From: a virus
Direction: 5' to 3' (one strand)
Length of the DNA stretch: 64,000 nucleotides
Virus record (IMG/VR): IMGVR_UViG_3300020118_000165
Coordinates: 7,703-71,702 of that record
Below, in pieces: positions 16,547 through 26,054 of this stretch. Every line of letters begins with the position of its first letter. The first letter of the stretch is position 1. The translations under genes were made by a program, and so were the position numbers. The notes beneath the pieces are model-generated. The model searched no databases, had not been told where the DNA came from, and saw only the letters and a list, made by a program, of their open reading frames with translations.

Positions 16547-18613
16547 TCAATCCTCGTGCACGGTCGCGCGCCAGTCCGGGGCTATTTCTTCGAAGATTTC
16601 CGGTCCAAGCTCAATCGGCCCGCGATACGGCACGACCTTGCTCAGATCCATGCCAGCCGCGTTCCAGCTGATCGTGACGTGCGGGTTGTAGTCGGGATGG
16701 TCCCACGAAGCCCCGGCCAGCTTCGCCTGCTCGTGCCGCCACGCCAGCGCCGAGGACGCGAACACCAGCACCACCGCATCGCCGAACTTCTCCACGAGGC
16801 GCGGCCCCCCGTCCGGAACCGTCAGCCACGCCTGCTCCTCGCCAGCTTTGCCGGCCGGCTCGTAGCTCGGGGAGGCCTCGCCGACCTTGACCCAGTCCAC
16901 CGGGATCTTCGAGAACGCGATCGTGACGTGCATGGAGTCGTCGTCCACAACGGTCTTGAAGCCCTGCGCCTTCGCCCAGCGGCGAATCACGTCGCCGTTG
17001 AGGACTTGGCGGCGGATGTAGAGCGTGCGCGGCGTGGCGTCGCGCAATAGCCCGTCCAGCGGCTTGGCCGGTGGAGAAAGTCCAGGCTTCGGCGCTGCCG
17101 CGGCGAGAGGCTTTCCGGTCACCGGGTCGTATCCAGGCGACCACACCCGCGCCTCGACAACCTCCGGCTCCTCGCCGAACTCCTCGATCGCGTCCTCGAG
17201 GCCAGGATAAGCGCCGTCCTCGATCAGCTGGTTGATGCGCGCCGTGCGCAGCGCGTCCTCATTGATCATGCCGGTATTCACGTCGATCTGGTAGGCCTGC
17301 GCCTTCTTCAACTGCACGTCGGCCGCCTCCCCGGGCTCGGGCAGGTACAGCGGCGACCACGTGTAGTGGATATTGGGATCGTACTTGCCGAGCGCAGACC
17401 GCACGAGCACTTGGTCCAACGGCTCCAGCACCGGCGTGATCTCGTTCTTCTGCTCGCTGGCCACGCCGTCGTAGTAGTTGCGTAGTTCGTCCTGCCCGCT
17501 CGAGGATTTGCCGAGGCCCTTGGCGCCCGCCTTGCCGAACAGGCGGCTGACGGGGAGGTTGCCGGCGCCAGCCACGACCGTCATCAGCTCCGAGACCAAG
17601 TTCGGCAGCCCCCCGAAGTTCGTCTGCACCCTATCCCACTCCTCCTCCACGTCGAGGAGGATGGAGTTGATGGTGGACTTCGATTGGTTGGCCAAAGCGA
17701 AGCGCTGGAGCAGCCGCTGCGCATATTCCTTAGTGGCGATATTCTTGCTGAAGTCCTTGATCTTGATGACGTCCATCTTGGCGTCGTTGACCATGGCCGC
17801 CACGCCGCCGATCGTAAGGCCCCACTCGCGCAGCGTGTCGTCGGCAGTCTGCAGCACCGAGTCGCCCCATCCCCCGCCCATGGGAGCGAGCCTCCAATCC
17901 GGGAGCTCGTTGCCGGCGAACTCGATCACGCGCGACGGATGGATGCGGATCAGGCCGCCGAACGGGACTACCATCCTCTCCCGATCACCCTCGGCCTGCT
18001 GCGGCTTGTAGGCAGGCGCCGGAGCCTGCCCCTGCGCACGCTGCCCGATCGTCAGCACGTTCGTGCTGCTCTGCCCCGGATAGACCTCGCCCTGCTCGAA
18101 GCTAAAGCCGAACAGCGGAGTCTGCACGACATAGTATTCCGGCCGCGTGTACCACTCGCTGTCCACGTTGTAGATGCGGGGCCCGGCAGACAACTCGTAG
18201 CGGTTCATCACCACCACAAACTTGAGCGCACCTTCTTTGACCCCGTCCAAGTTCAGCGGCTCGTCGTTCTGGTTGCCGTCGTCCACGCCCATCACTAAGG
18301 CACCGCCGCCGTACAGCCGCGCCCGGATCAGCGCCATCTTCAGCTTGCGCTGCAGCTTTAGCTTCTTCTCGCATTCCTCGATGGCCTCGATCTGGTCGTT
18401 CGAAGCCTGCCAGGAGCGCCACTCTCTGGTCGCGTCCTCGGCTGGGGCATCCACGATCTTTCGCGCGATCCAGTCGCCACGGTAGGCGTTCTCAAGCTGG
18501 TTGCGGTCGAGAAGCGTAAGAGCATAGTTCGACGAGCGGGCAGGATCTTTAAACGTCCCGAGCGACGTTACAAAGTTGACCAACGTATCAGTTAGCCTAT
18601 GGAGCGTGCCCAT
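16547..18613 (-). CDS. Portal protein (DUF1073-like) fused to a C-terminal 2H phosphoesterase (Acb1/T4 gp57B-like)
   Basis: YRGDWIARKIVDAPAEDATREW, ARLYGG, IHPSRVI, LPVSRLFG, NYYD; C-terminal HVTIAFS and HVTISW motifs. Confidence 0.88.
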   Translation of the reverse strand: MGTLHRLTDTLVNFVTSLGTFKDPARSSNYALTLLDRNQLENAYRGDWIARKIVDAPAEDATREWRSWQASNDQIEAIEECEKKLKLQRKLKMALIRARLYGGGALVMGVDDGNQNDEPLNLDGVKEGALKFVVVMNRYELSAGPRIYNVDSEWYTRPEYYVVQTPLFGFSFEQGEVYPGQSSTNVLTIGQRAQGQAPAPAYKPQQAEGDRERMVVPFGGLIRIHPSRVIEFAGNELPDWRLAPMGGGWGDSVLQTADDTLREWGLTIGGVAAMVNDAKMDVIKIKDFSKNIATKEYAQRLLQRFALANQSKSTINSILLDVEEEWDRVQTNFGGLPNLVSELMTVVAGAGNLPVSRLFGKAGAKGLGKSSSGQDELRNYYDGVASEQKNEITPVLEPLDQVLVRSALGKYDPNIHYTWSPLYLPEPGEAADVQLKKAQAYQIDVNTGMINEDALRTARINQLIEDGAYPGLEDAIEEFGEEPEVVEARVWSPGYDPVTGKPLAAAAPKPGLSPPAKPLDGLLRDATPRTLYIRRQVLNGDVIRRWAKAQGFKTVVDDDSMHVTIAFSKIPVDWVKVGEASPSYEPAGKAGEEQAWLTVPDGGPRLVEKFGDAVVLVFASSALAWRHEQAKLAGASWDHPDYNPHVTISWNAAGMDLSKVVPYRGPIELGPEIFEEIAPDWRATVHED

Positions 18614-19605
18614 TAATCGCTCGGGCTCGTGGTGGCGTTGGTGAGGGTGCCGGTGAGGGTGAAGGCGCCGCCAGTGCCTTTGTTAAACTGGAAGCCAGTC
18701 GGAGAAGCGTCCCCGGAAAGGAAAATGGCCGGAGCGGTTCCCGTCGGGGTCGATCCGTCTGCTCCGAGATCAACCGGCTTGCCTGCCGCGCTGATGAACT
18801 TCCTTCGATTGGCTGTTTGCGTAAAGTCGATGTAGACGTTGGGAGCAAACCAATAATCTGCGCAATCGTAAGTATCCAAGGCTGAGCCAAGCGTGTTAGG
18901 AATATCGACGGTCACGCCGTTGAATGTCATGGTGAACGCGGTGCCGACATCTCCATCCCCGCCAAACGGGCTGGGGTTCGTCGTCACAACCTGCGCCACG
19001 TCATCCACGTACAATGGAAACAGCCGGCTCCCCGCATCGAAACCCATATTTGCCGCGCCGCAGATGTTATGCCAAATATCGTCTGACGGCATCGGGGCTA
19101 GACCATTGAGGAAATTATTGTAAGCCTGATCCCCCCATCCGATGAAAATACCACGATGTCCGGCTCCCGAACCTCCAAAGCTGTTCCCGAGCGCTGGGCC
19201 ATTTGAGGTATTTGCATCGTCATAATCTGGAAAGCACACCGGACGCGTAATCGTGGAGAGGGTTGCTTTGACCCAAATGCTGAAAGATACAACTGACGAA
19301 TCGGTCGCCGTCAGCAAATCAATATGCAACGCGGTGGGCGCTCCCGCAAAATGCACCGCCTTGGCGCCGTACCTGTGACTCTTGTGCTTTATCGCCTCGT
19401 TCATATCGCGCGCGCCCTGCACTTGGTCGAGGATGTCGAAGGGGCCGAGGGCAGCGGAGCCAACATTTGCATTGACGGCGGTCGCCGCCCTCTGCGGATC
19501 AAGCACCCCGTATTGGTCGATCACCGCCGCGCCTAATCCAGCGTTGACCTGCTCCCCAAGCCGCTGCGGATCTATCAGCCCGAACTGGTCAATCGGGTCG
19601 CTCAC
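18613..19605 (-). CDS. LamG/ConA-like beta-rich protein between terminase and portal
   Basis: GTGA-coupled start; SFSIWVK, WHNICG, LYVDD; three N-terminal DQ(F/Y)GxxDPQR-like repeats. Confidence 0.55.
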   Translation of the reverse strand: MSDPIDQFGLIDPQRLGEQVNAGLGAAVIDQYGVLDPQRAATAVNANVGSAALGPFDILDQVQGARDMNEAIKHKSHRYGAKAVHFAGAPTALHIDLLTATDSSVVSFSIWVKATLSTITRPVCFPDYDDANTSNGPALGNSFGGSGAGHRGIFIGWGDQAYNNFLNGLAPMPSDDIWHNICGAANMGFDAGSRLFPLYVDDVAQVVTTNPSPFGGDGDVGTAFTMTFNGVTVDIPNTLGSALDTYDCADYWFAPNVYIDFTQTANRRKFISAAGKPVDLGADGSTPTGTAPAIFLSGDASPTGFQFNKGTGGAFTLTGTLTNATTSPSD

Positions 19606-21197
19606 GGCACCATCCCGTTGGACCAAGCGTCCTGCGCGTATCGCCCGCGCTCGTCCACGTAGTGCTTCGGCTTCTCGAGCTCGCCGACCCACGAGAGAGT
19701 GCTGTCATAGGTTGACAGATTCTCCTCCAGCGCAAACACAGAGAACGCGCCGGACGACGCGTCAACTTGGTCCTTGAACTGGCCGCCAGGAAATAGACAG
19801 AGCTCGTCGAGGTAGGCGTCGTTCCATTGCCCGCGAACAAGGTCAACATTCCCCGCCTCGCACTGCGCCGCGAACGGTTCGGCCCTCGTTTCCTTCGATC
19901 CGGTCTCGGGAGCGGCCTTCACCACATAGCCGGCCAGCATGGCGACGAAGTCGGCGGCCTGCGCCTTGCCCGCCTGGCCCGGGTCCTGCGGTAAGCTGAT
20001 CTGAACATCCTTCCCGTCCGTGGCCGCTACTGTGCTGATAAGCCTACGCACGGCTGCGCCTTCGATTTGCGCCCGAGCCACGTGTCCGACCACGTATCGG
20101 CCATCCGGGGTCTTGCCCAGTTTGACCCCGCATGTCGCCGCCGCAGAGCGCCGCGCCGTGGCCGCCAAGTCCCAATGCCGCACCCAACGCGTACCCTGCG
20201 GTGCCACCCCGATAAACCGCTCTGGTCCGAACCAGTACCGCTTGAACAAACCGCCCTCGCGGGGAACCGGGCGCTGCTGGAACTGCGAGGCCACCGCATA
20301 GCTGCCCATGATGACCTTATCGCGCTCGACGGATTCGCGGCTGAACCGCTCAGGAAATAGCAATTCCCCCTCGTAGGTGCGCCGGTCGGCGCGGCCTAGC
20401 TTAGTCATGCACCGACGATCAGCCTCGTATTCCATCGGCAGGACGAGGCATTCATATCCCAGCTCCTTGGCCACCCCCGCCACGTCACGCTCATGCAGAC
20501 GCTGCATGATGATAACTATGGCCGATGCCTGAGCGTCATTGACGCGAAGCGGGACGCTCTCCCGGAATATCCTAGTGGTGCGTGCGCGCTCATTCTCGCT
20601 TTCCGCCGTCTCCGTCGAGTGCGGGTCGTCGATCATCACGCGATCGCCGCGACCGGACGTCAAGGAAGCGAATGGGATTCCCTCGCGGGTGCCCTTGCTG
20701 CTGTTCTCGAAGGACGTTTCCCCCGTCCGCACGAGTTCGACCTGCGGCCACAGGCTTCGATACCAATCAGACGCTATGAGGTCCCGCGCCTTGCGGGTGT
20801 CGCGTTTCACGTATCGCTCGCTGTAGCTGGTTGACAAGTAGCGAAGCTCCGGGCGCCCGCCTGGGCCCCATTCCCAAGCATTGAACATCACCGAGGTCAG
20901 AAGCGACTTGGTGAACCCAGGCGGCACGTTCATGCAGAGGCGGATTATCTGTCCCTTGCTCACGGCCTCTAAGTGCTCGGCCATGACGTCTAGGTGCCAC
21001 CCGTGCACATAGGGGGACGCCGGCTCTAGTATCGGCCACGCCTCGCGCACGAACACAGATAGCCGACGGCAGCGGTCCCTGACGCTCTCCCGGTCCCGGG
21101 CCTCAACGCCGGAGGCGCGGCTACTGGAGCGTCTCGCCTTCTCGGCCCGGATCGCGTCCAGAGATGGAAGCTTTTGCTGCAATTCGCTCGAAAGCAT
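19602..21197 (-). CDS. terL: Terminase large subunit
   Basis: NVPPGFTKS Walker A, VMIDDPH Walker B, WDLAA and KDQVDA nuclease motifs. Confidence 0.95.
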   Translation of the reverse strand: MLSSELQQKLPSLDAIRAEKARRSSSRASGVEARDRESVRDRCRRLSVFVREAWPILEPASPYVHGWHLDVMAEHLEAVSKGQIIRLCMNVPPGFTKSLLTSVMFNAWEWGPGGRPELRYLSTSYSERYVKRDTRKARDLIASDWYRSLWPQVELVRTGETSFENSSKGTREGIPFASLTSGRGDRVMIDDPHSTETAESENERARTTRIFRESVPLRVNDAQASAIVIIMQRLHERDVAGVAKELGYECLVLPMEYEADRRCMTKLGRADRRTYEGELLFPERFSRESVERDKVIMGSYAVASQFQQRPVPREGGLFKRYWFGPERFIGVAPQGTRWVRHWDLAATARRSAAATCGVKLGKTPDGRYVVGHVARAQIEGAAVRRLISTVAATDGKDVQISLPQDPGQAGKAQAADFVAMLAGYVVKAAPETGSKETRAEPFAAQCEAGNVDLVRGQWNDAYLDELCLFPGGQFKDQVDASSGAFSVFALEENLSTYDSTLSWVGELEKPKHYVDERGRYAQDAWSNGMVP

Positions 21198-21579
21198 CGA
21201 GCTCCTCGTCGCTCAGGCGGGAAAGGTCGAACTGGTGCTGATGCCTGATAGTCTCTTTCCAGCCCATCCGGCACTTCGACCACCAGATCGCGGCGGTCGG
21301 GATAGCTTTGGTCCAGTCACCGCCCCCAGTCGCCTGCATAAATAAGGATTGCCCTACCAGGGAATTGGCCTTGGCCACGCCGCGCCGCAGTTCGTCGCCG
21401 AAATGCTTGCGGAGGGTGTCGGCCTCGATCGGCTTTCCCGTTGATGGGTTGGTGATGAGCGTGGCGATTGCCTCCTGAGGCATACCAAAGCCGGTCATCA
21501 TCTCGACCTGCTTGCGCTGCTCGGAAGTGGGCACGAAGGTCGGTCTGCCCGGCGGGTTTTTATTATGCCGATTAATCAT
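21121..21579 (-). CDS. terS: Terminase small subunit
   Basis: GRP...TLRKHF..EL..G...AAIWWSKCRMGWKE; directly upstream of terL. Confidence 0.8.
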   Translation of the reverse strand: MINRHNKNPPGRPTFVPTSEQRKQVEMMTGFGMPQEAIATLITNPSTGKPIEADTLRKHFGDELRRGVAKANSLVGQSLFMQATGGGDWTKAIPTAAIWWSKCRMGWKETIRHQHQFDLSRLSDEELDAFERIAAKASISGRDPGREGETLQ

Positions 21580-21871
21580 TGCCGACTAAGTCGAGCGCCG
21601 CAGCCAACGGCCCGCTCGCCTTCCCGTTGATATCGCGCGCCAATGCAGTGCGGATCACTTCGAGCGGGACGCCATACTGCAGCGCAATGCTGGTCACGAC
21701 AGCGGCATCCGAAGCGTTGATCCCCGCCATGCTGCCAGCCTTGTTGCTTTGCAGAAATATCTCGCCCAGGCGGCCGTCATCCAGACGACTGACGGTGGCG
21801 GTGAAACGCAAGCCCTGCGACTCGACCTCGAACGTCGTCGATGCGCGCCGATTGGCGAACCGCTGGCGCAC
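21572..21871 (-). CDS. Stand-alone TSCPD-like (class II RNR C-terminal) domain protein
   Basis: DGRLGEIFL...SIALQYGVPLE. Confidence 0.65.
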   Translation of the reverse strand: MRQRFANRRASTTFEVESQGLRFTATVSRLDDGRLGEIFLQSNKAGSMAGINASDAAVVTSIALQYGVPLEVIRTALARDINGKASGPLAAALDLVGND

Positions 21872-21975
21872 TTAGAAAGCACTTCCATATTTGTCTCGGA
21901 AGAGCCTCAAGGTATCGTAGGTAACCCAAAAGACGAAAATACCAACCACAATCGCTGCGAAATCGGCAAACGTCA

Positions 21976-22212
21976 TCACGCTTCTCCCGCACAAATATCC
22001 TGCTGGTTCAGCTCTGGGCGCACTACCGCGCGCAGCTCGAACAGCGCGCACTCCTCATCACCCGCACCGACGATCGGCCTCACGAACGTCGCACCTACCT
22101 TGCCCCCCGCAGCCGGGGCAATCACCACCTGCGGCGGCATACCCCAGCATTGGCGCTTGGTCACGTCCTGCGCCAGGAACTTGCCGAATTTGCACTGGCC
22201 GCAGGTGCTCAT
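21976..22212 (-). CDS. Small Cys-rich hypothetical protein
   Basis: CGQCKF...C..MPP...P.V...EC..F. Confidence 0.55.
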   Translation of the reverse strand: MSTCGQCKFGKFLAQDVTKRQCWGMPPQVVIAPAAGGKVGATFVRPIVGAGDEECALFELRAVVRPELNQQDICAGEA

Positions 22213-22471
22213 GCGCTTGCATTGCCAAGCTTCATTGCATTGCCAATCTGCCCAAACGGGTCGTCGCTGGTGACGCCGCTGCCCATACGCTCACGAGGCC
22301 AGATGTCCCGACATATTGCGACTTGCCCATAAAGCTCGGCCAGCGCGGCTCTAAAGGGCCTGACGGCCTGTGCTTAGGGTGAAGGAGGGGATGGCTCATA
22401 AAGGAATTTACCGCAACTGATACTAGCCCGATAGCTTCCGCGCGGCGCTTTCTCCGCGCGGGATCAAACCG

Positions 22472-22969
22472 TCAGTTTTCGACCACCGAAACATCGCTGA
22501 GACTCGCTTCTACACGTATGGTCTGCCCAAGTAAAGCGATCAACATCTTGATTCGCTCGCCCTTGCGCTCGAGGCAGCTCCCGAGATGTCCCCAAAAAGG
22601 TCCCGATTCCAGCCGCAGCCGCGCGCCGGCAGCTATCTTGACCATGCTGGGCCAGCGAAACTCGCCACCGTCCTCCCGCGCCATCAGCTCCTCGACGGCG
22701 CCGGCGGGGAGCGGCAATGGCGCAGCCTTCTCTGGCAGAAGCCCAATTACCCCCCGCGTGTAGTTGATAGCCTGCCAGCGCGCATCCAGATCAAAGGCCG
22801 CGAATAGGTATCCCGGGAACAGCGGCTCGAACCGCGTCAGTGTCCCGCCGTGCCGCAATCGCGACGACTTGGTCTTCTGGGGCAGATAGACCTTGAATCC
22901 CTGATTGTCGATGCGTGCCAACGCGGCGCGCTCGGCGTTCGGCTTAGTCTGTGCCACGTACCAGTGCAT
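22472..22969 (-). CDS. NusG/RfaH-family transcription antiterminator (likely late-gene activator)
   Basis: WYVAQTKPNAE, PLFPGYLF, INYTRGV, KOW-like GPFWG. Confidence 0.9.
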   Translation of the reverse strand: MHWYVAQTKPNAERAALARIDNQGFKVYLPQKTKSSRLRHGGTLTRFEPLFPGYLFAAFDLDARWQAINYTRGVIGLLPEKAAPLPLPAGAVEELMAREDGGEFRWPSMVKIAAGARLRLESGPFWGHLGSCLERKGERIKMLIALLGQTIRVEASLSDVSVVEN

Positions 22970-23303
22970 CTTGATGGGCCCGAAGCTGCTCTATCACAAA
23001 CACCAGCGCCGAGCATAGATGCGCCGACACAGGCGTCAACTCGCGCGGCCGTGATATATCCATCATCAGCTGGTAGGCGCTCCTGCGTTGCGCGATCCGA
23101 TCGCGCTGAGACGCAACGTAGTTCTTATGCCGCTCACGACGGCATGCCTTGCAAACGCCACTATGGCTGTCTGGCTTGCTGCGATCGTTGTCGAACTGCG
23201 CCAACGGCTTATCCATGAAGCAGCGGCGGCACATTTTCGAGTCGAAACTAAGCTGCTGCATTTTGGCTATCTCCCATTTTCTAGCCATGACGGAAAATTT
23301 CAA
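22944..23303 (-). CDS. Zn-finger protein (HNH/EndoVII N-terminal-like)
   Basis: CRRC...KP...F...CKAC. Confidence 0.45.
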   Translation of the reverse strand: MKFSVMARKWEIAKMQQLSFDSKMCRRCFMDKPLAQFDNDRSKPDSHSGVCKACRRERHKNYVASQRDRIAQRRSAYQLMMDISRPRELTPVSAHLCSALVFVIEQLRAHQDALVRGTD

Positions 23304-23384
23304 ACTGAGACACTAACCCCCTGGGGAAAGTGGCCGGCATGAACCCGGAGATTTTCGGAACGGCTATTGAGGGATGGCTGACGG

Positions 23385-24215
23385 GTGTCGAATCGCTGGG
23401 CATTGGCGTTGTCCGTCTTAGGCGCCATCGTTCTGTTTTTTATTGGGATGCTTGTACTTTTTCCCCTCTATGTGAACGTAGGTGACTGCGGCACCACAGG
23501 CGCACAACACAAATGCGAAGAACAAAATCTTCTCTACTATCTTTCCCTCAAGTTTTTCGAGGTCATCACTCACGCTGAATTGTGGACGGCTCTCGCCACC
23601 CTCGCCATCGCCGCCTACACTCGCACCCTCTACCTCGCCACTAAAGGAATGAAGGAAACTAACGACAAGCTGTGGGACGCTAGCGAGCGACAAATCGCCG
23701 TGGCGAAGGAATCTGCCGACGCTGCTAAACAAGCCGCCAATGGCCTCTTGGATGCCGAGCGACCGCACATGATTTTGTCCGAACTCAAAATTGCCGGGCT
23801 CAAGCGGCATCCGAATCGTGACGGGCAAGTGATGCTGCCCGAGTATGTGACGATAACCAACTCCGGTCGAAGTCCAGCTTTGCTCAAATCGTTCGCAAAT
23901 ATCGTCTGTATTGACAAGAAACTCCCGCCACTTCCGGACTACGGCCCTGCTCTTCCTCTTCGATGGGTCATCGCTCCCAATGGTTACTTTGGGACTAAGC
24001 AAGCGCCAGAAGAGATTCTCGTTCCATCTGCTACGGTGGCCGAAATCATTCGCGGCGAAACACATGTTTGGGGTTGCGTCATGGTGGAGTATGAAGATCC
24101 TTTCAAAAGGCCCCATCAAATGAAAGCTGCATACAGAGTGGTCTTTGGTCAAAACGATGACGCCAGCATACATTTCTATGCCGATGGCCCAGACTCGTAT
24201 TGGGAATACACCTAA
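23385..24215 (+). CDS. Moron-like membrane protein, opposite strand to neighbours
   Basis: Two hydrophobic segments, then ASERQIAVAKESADAA...ERP; lower GC. Confidence 0.65.
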   Translation: MSNRWALALSVLGAIVLFFIGMLVLFPLYVNVGDCGTTGAQHKCEEQNLLYYLSLKFFEVITHAELWTALATLAIAAYTRTLYLATKGMKETNDKLWDASERQIAVAKESADAAKQAANGLLDAERPHMILSELKIAGLKRHPNRDGQVMLPEYVTITNSGRSPALLKSFANIVCIDKKLPPLPDYGPALPLRWVIAPNGYFGTKQAPEEILVPSATVAEIIRGETHVWGCVMVEYEDPFKRPHQMKAAYRVVFGQNDDASIHFYADGPDSYWEYT

Positions 24216-24536
24216 AGCCAATGTCACCAGAAGCACTGCGCCAGCCTGTCGGAGCCAGCGCGTCACACTGGTGACCGGCGAGGCCAGGCGCTGGAACGAA
24301 TCCCCCCGCCGGGTCACTGAATGCCCGCCGCGCCGGCACAACAGAGGATTTCCGGAGCGAGATTCAGGCTCAGGAACTCTCTGAAAGGACCATCCACACT
24401 CCTGCATCCATGCGAGGAGCGCTGCTGCGTCCTCTGCCACAGTTTCTTCTGAAACTGTGCCGTAATAATAATCCTGTAGGAAATCTCGAAGGGCTCTATC
24501 TGGGCTATCCATGTTGCCCTCACTGATTAGGCACAA

Positions 24537-24672
24537 GCAAGCCAGAGGATATGCAGACAGAGGGGCTTCAGCAAACGGCCCTTCCAGGGGTCGGCACCGA
24601 GGTTTGCTCTCGCTCCGCGCTCGCCTACCAGCGACCTTCGGGCCGCTGACGCCTGCATATCCTCTCGCTCGC
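24537..24672. ncRNA. Candidate structured RNA element A
   Basis: 13-bp perfect IR 24544-24556/24653-24665 enclosing agcaaac/gtttgct and cagcg/cgctg stems. Confidence 0.45.
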
Positions 24673-24855
24673 TCATCTCTTAGGCAGAAGCTCGGCGGCG
24701 CGGACCGGTCCATGGCACCACGCTAAAACCGCCGTACCTCAGCGTTCTCTTGTTTGGGCCGTATTCCTTTCGGGTCATCCAACGGGCGACCACCCCGAAA
24801 ATTGCGTTGATGATTTTCCAGATCATGGCTTCCTCGCTCCTCATCTATCATCGCC

Positions 24856-25095
24856 TTAGAATGGATGCCGCGTGCCGTCTAAGCCGACGACGCCAGGCTC
24901 CTCTTCCTGCTCACGATCGAGCGCTTGGCGCGCAATCTCTACATTGCCTAGTAGGTTATCGAGGCATTGCCGCCGACCAGCGATCATCTCCAGCGCCGCC
25001 CGCAGCCGCTCGTTCTCGACCAACATGCGGTCAGCCGCCGCCATAGTTGTCTCGTATTGATCGGCCATTCGGCGAAGTTCGTGAGCAAGGCCCAT
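24856..25095 (-). CDS. Hypothetical protein
   Basis: ENERLRAALEMIA...IARQAL, typical phage early ORF. Confidence 0.5.
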   Translation of the reverse strand: MGLAHELRRMADQYETTMAAADRMLVENERLRAALEMIAGRRQCLDNLLGNVEIARQALDREQEEEPGVVGLDGTRHPF

Positions 25096-25526
25096 TGCGT
25101 TTCCTCATCAGATATCAGTGCGACGTTTCTTCGGATCGTGAACGATTGCCAGAGTGAGAACGCCTCGGCGCAATCTCTTGATTTCCTCAATCGCCCGCTG
25201 GCAACAAGAGGCCACGTAGTAGTGACTTCTCTCAGTGGTTGCCTGCTTGTGCAAATCTCCGTTGCTTGGGCGGCAGCGCTATCGTAATGGTCGCCATTGG
25301 CGTTATGCCTTTGCCGTCGCAATGCGGACATTTTTCACCGCGCTCAGTCATCGTGAACGCGCCGGGGGGTTAAGCCTGCCGATCAGCAGATCGAGCGCCT
25401 TGGCAGCATCAGTGGCATCGATCGTGGTATCATCGGCCAATTCGGCACTGCCCATGTCGCCAATGAAACTCTCTAGCTCCTTAACGGCGCTTGCCACCTC
25501 GCGGTCGCTTCCCGAGTAATTGCGGA

Positions 25527-25811
25527 TCATGTCTCCCCTCCTGTTTTGATAAATGCGCGTGGCTTGCGCCACGCCCCATCGTTGGCCTTGCGCCACTCGA
25601 CCATCTTGGCGGCGCATTCAAGAGCTTCGCGCACCATCGCCTGATCGCTCATTGGGCGCCGTCCTTCGTGGCATTCCTTGTTTCGGATCGATGCCCAATC
25701 CTCAACCAGCCCAGGGGCAGACGGATCGCGCGCCAGAAGGATGAACATAGGCTCATCCGGCAGCGCGTTGGCGTAGCAATCAAACTCGGCCGGATTGTTC
25801 TTGGTGCCCAT
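25527..25811 (-). CDS. Conserved phage hypothetical protein
   Basis: CYANALPDEPMFILLARDPSAP motif; AAGGA SD. Confidence 0.65.
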   Translation of the reverse strand: MGTKNNPAEFDCYANALPDEPMFILLARDPSAPGLVEDWASIRNKECHEGRRPMSDQAMVREALECAAKMVEWRKANDGAWRKPRAFIKTGGET

Positions 25812-25836
25812 TCTGGTTTCCTTGTGTGATGGATGT

Positions 25837-26038
25837 GAGACTCATTGCGAAGTCTTGCTGTTCCAGGTCGGCTTCCTGCCCCGGTTGCTCGATCGTGTTT
25901 CGCTATGGCCTCCGGACGGCCAGTCTGACAGCACGCGGGCAGTCGTCAGTGAACTTCCCCGTCTATCCGTGAGTGTTCGCATCGGGAGTGGATACCCTAG
26001 CGGCCGAGTCGTTCCAGCAACACTTCGCAATAAGTCTC
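25837..26038 (-). ncRNA. Candidate structured RNA element B
   Basis: 24-bp terminal IR (22/24) plus nested stems; intergenic. Confidence 0.55.
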
Positions 26039-26054
26039 CTTTGCTTCCTACTGA

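Noticed and set aside
23418-24713. 431-aa minus-strand ORF as one real protein
   Set aside because: Mostly antisense to 23385-24215; only the ~45 codons from 24512 are supported by a paralog
25837-26038. Retron msr-msd or hammerhead ribozyme interpretation
   Set aside because: No reverse transcriptase in the window; CUGACGA and GAAAC are present but not arranged around a proper stem II
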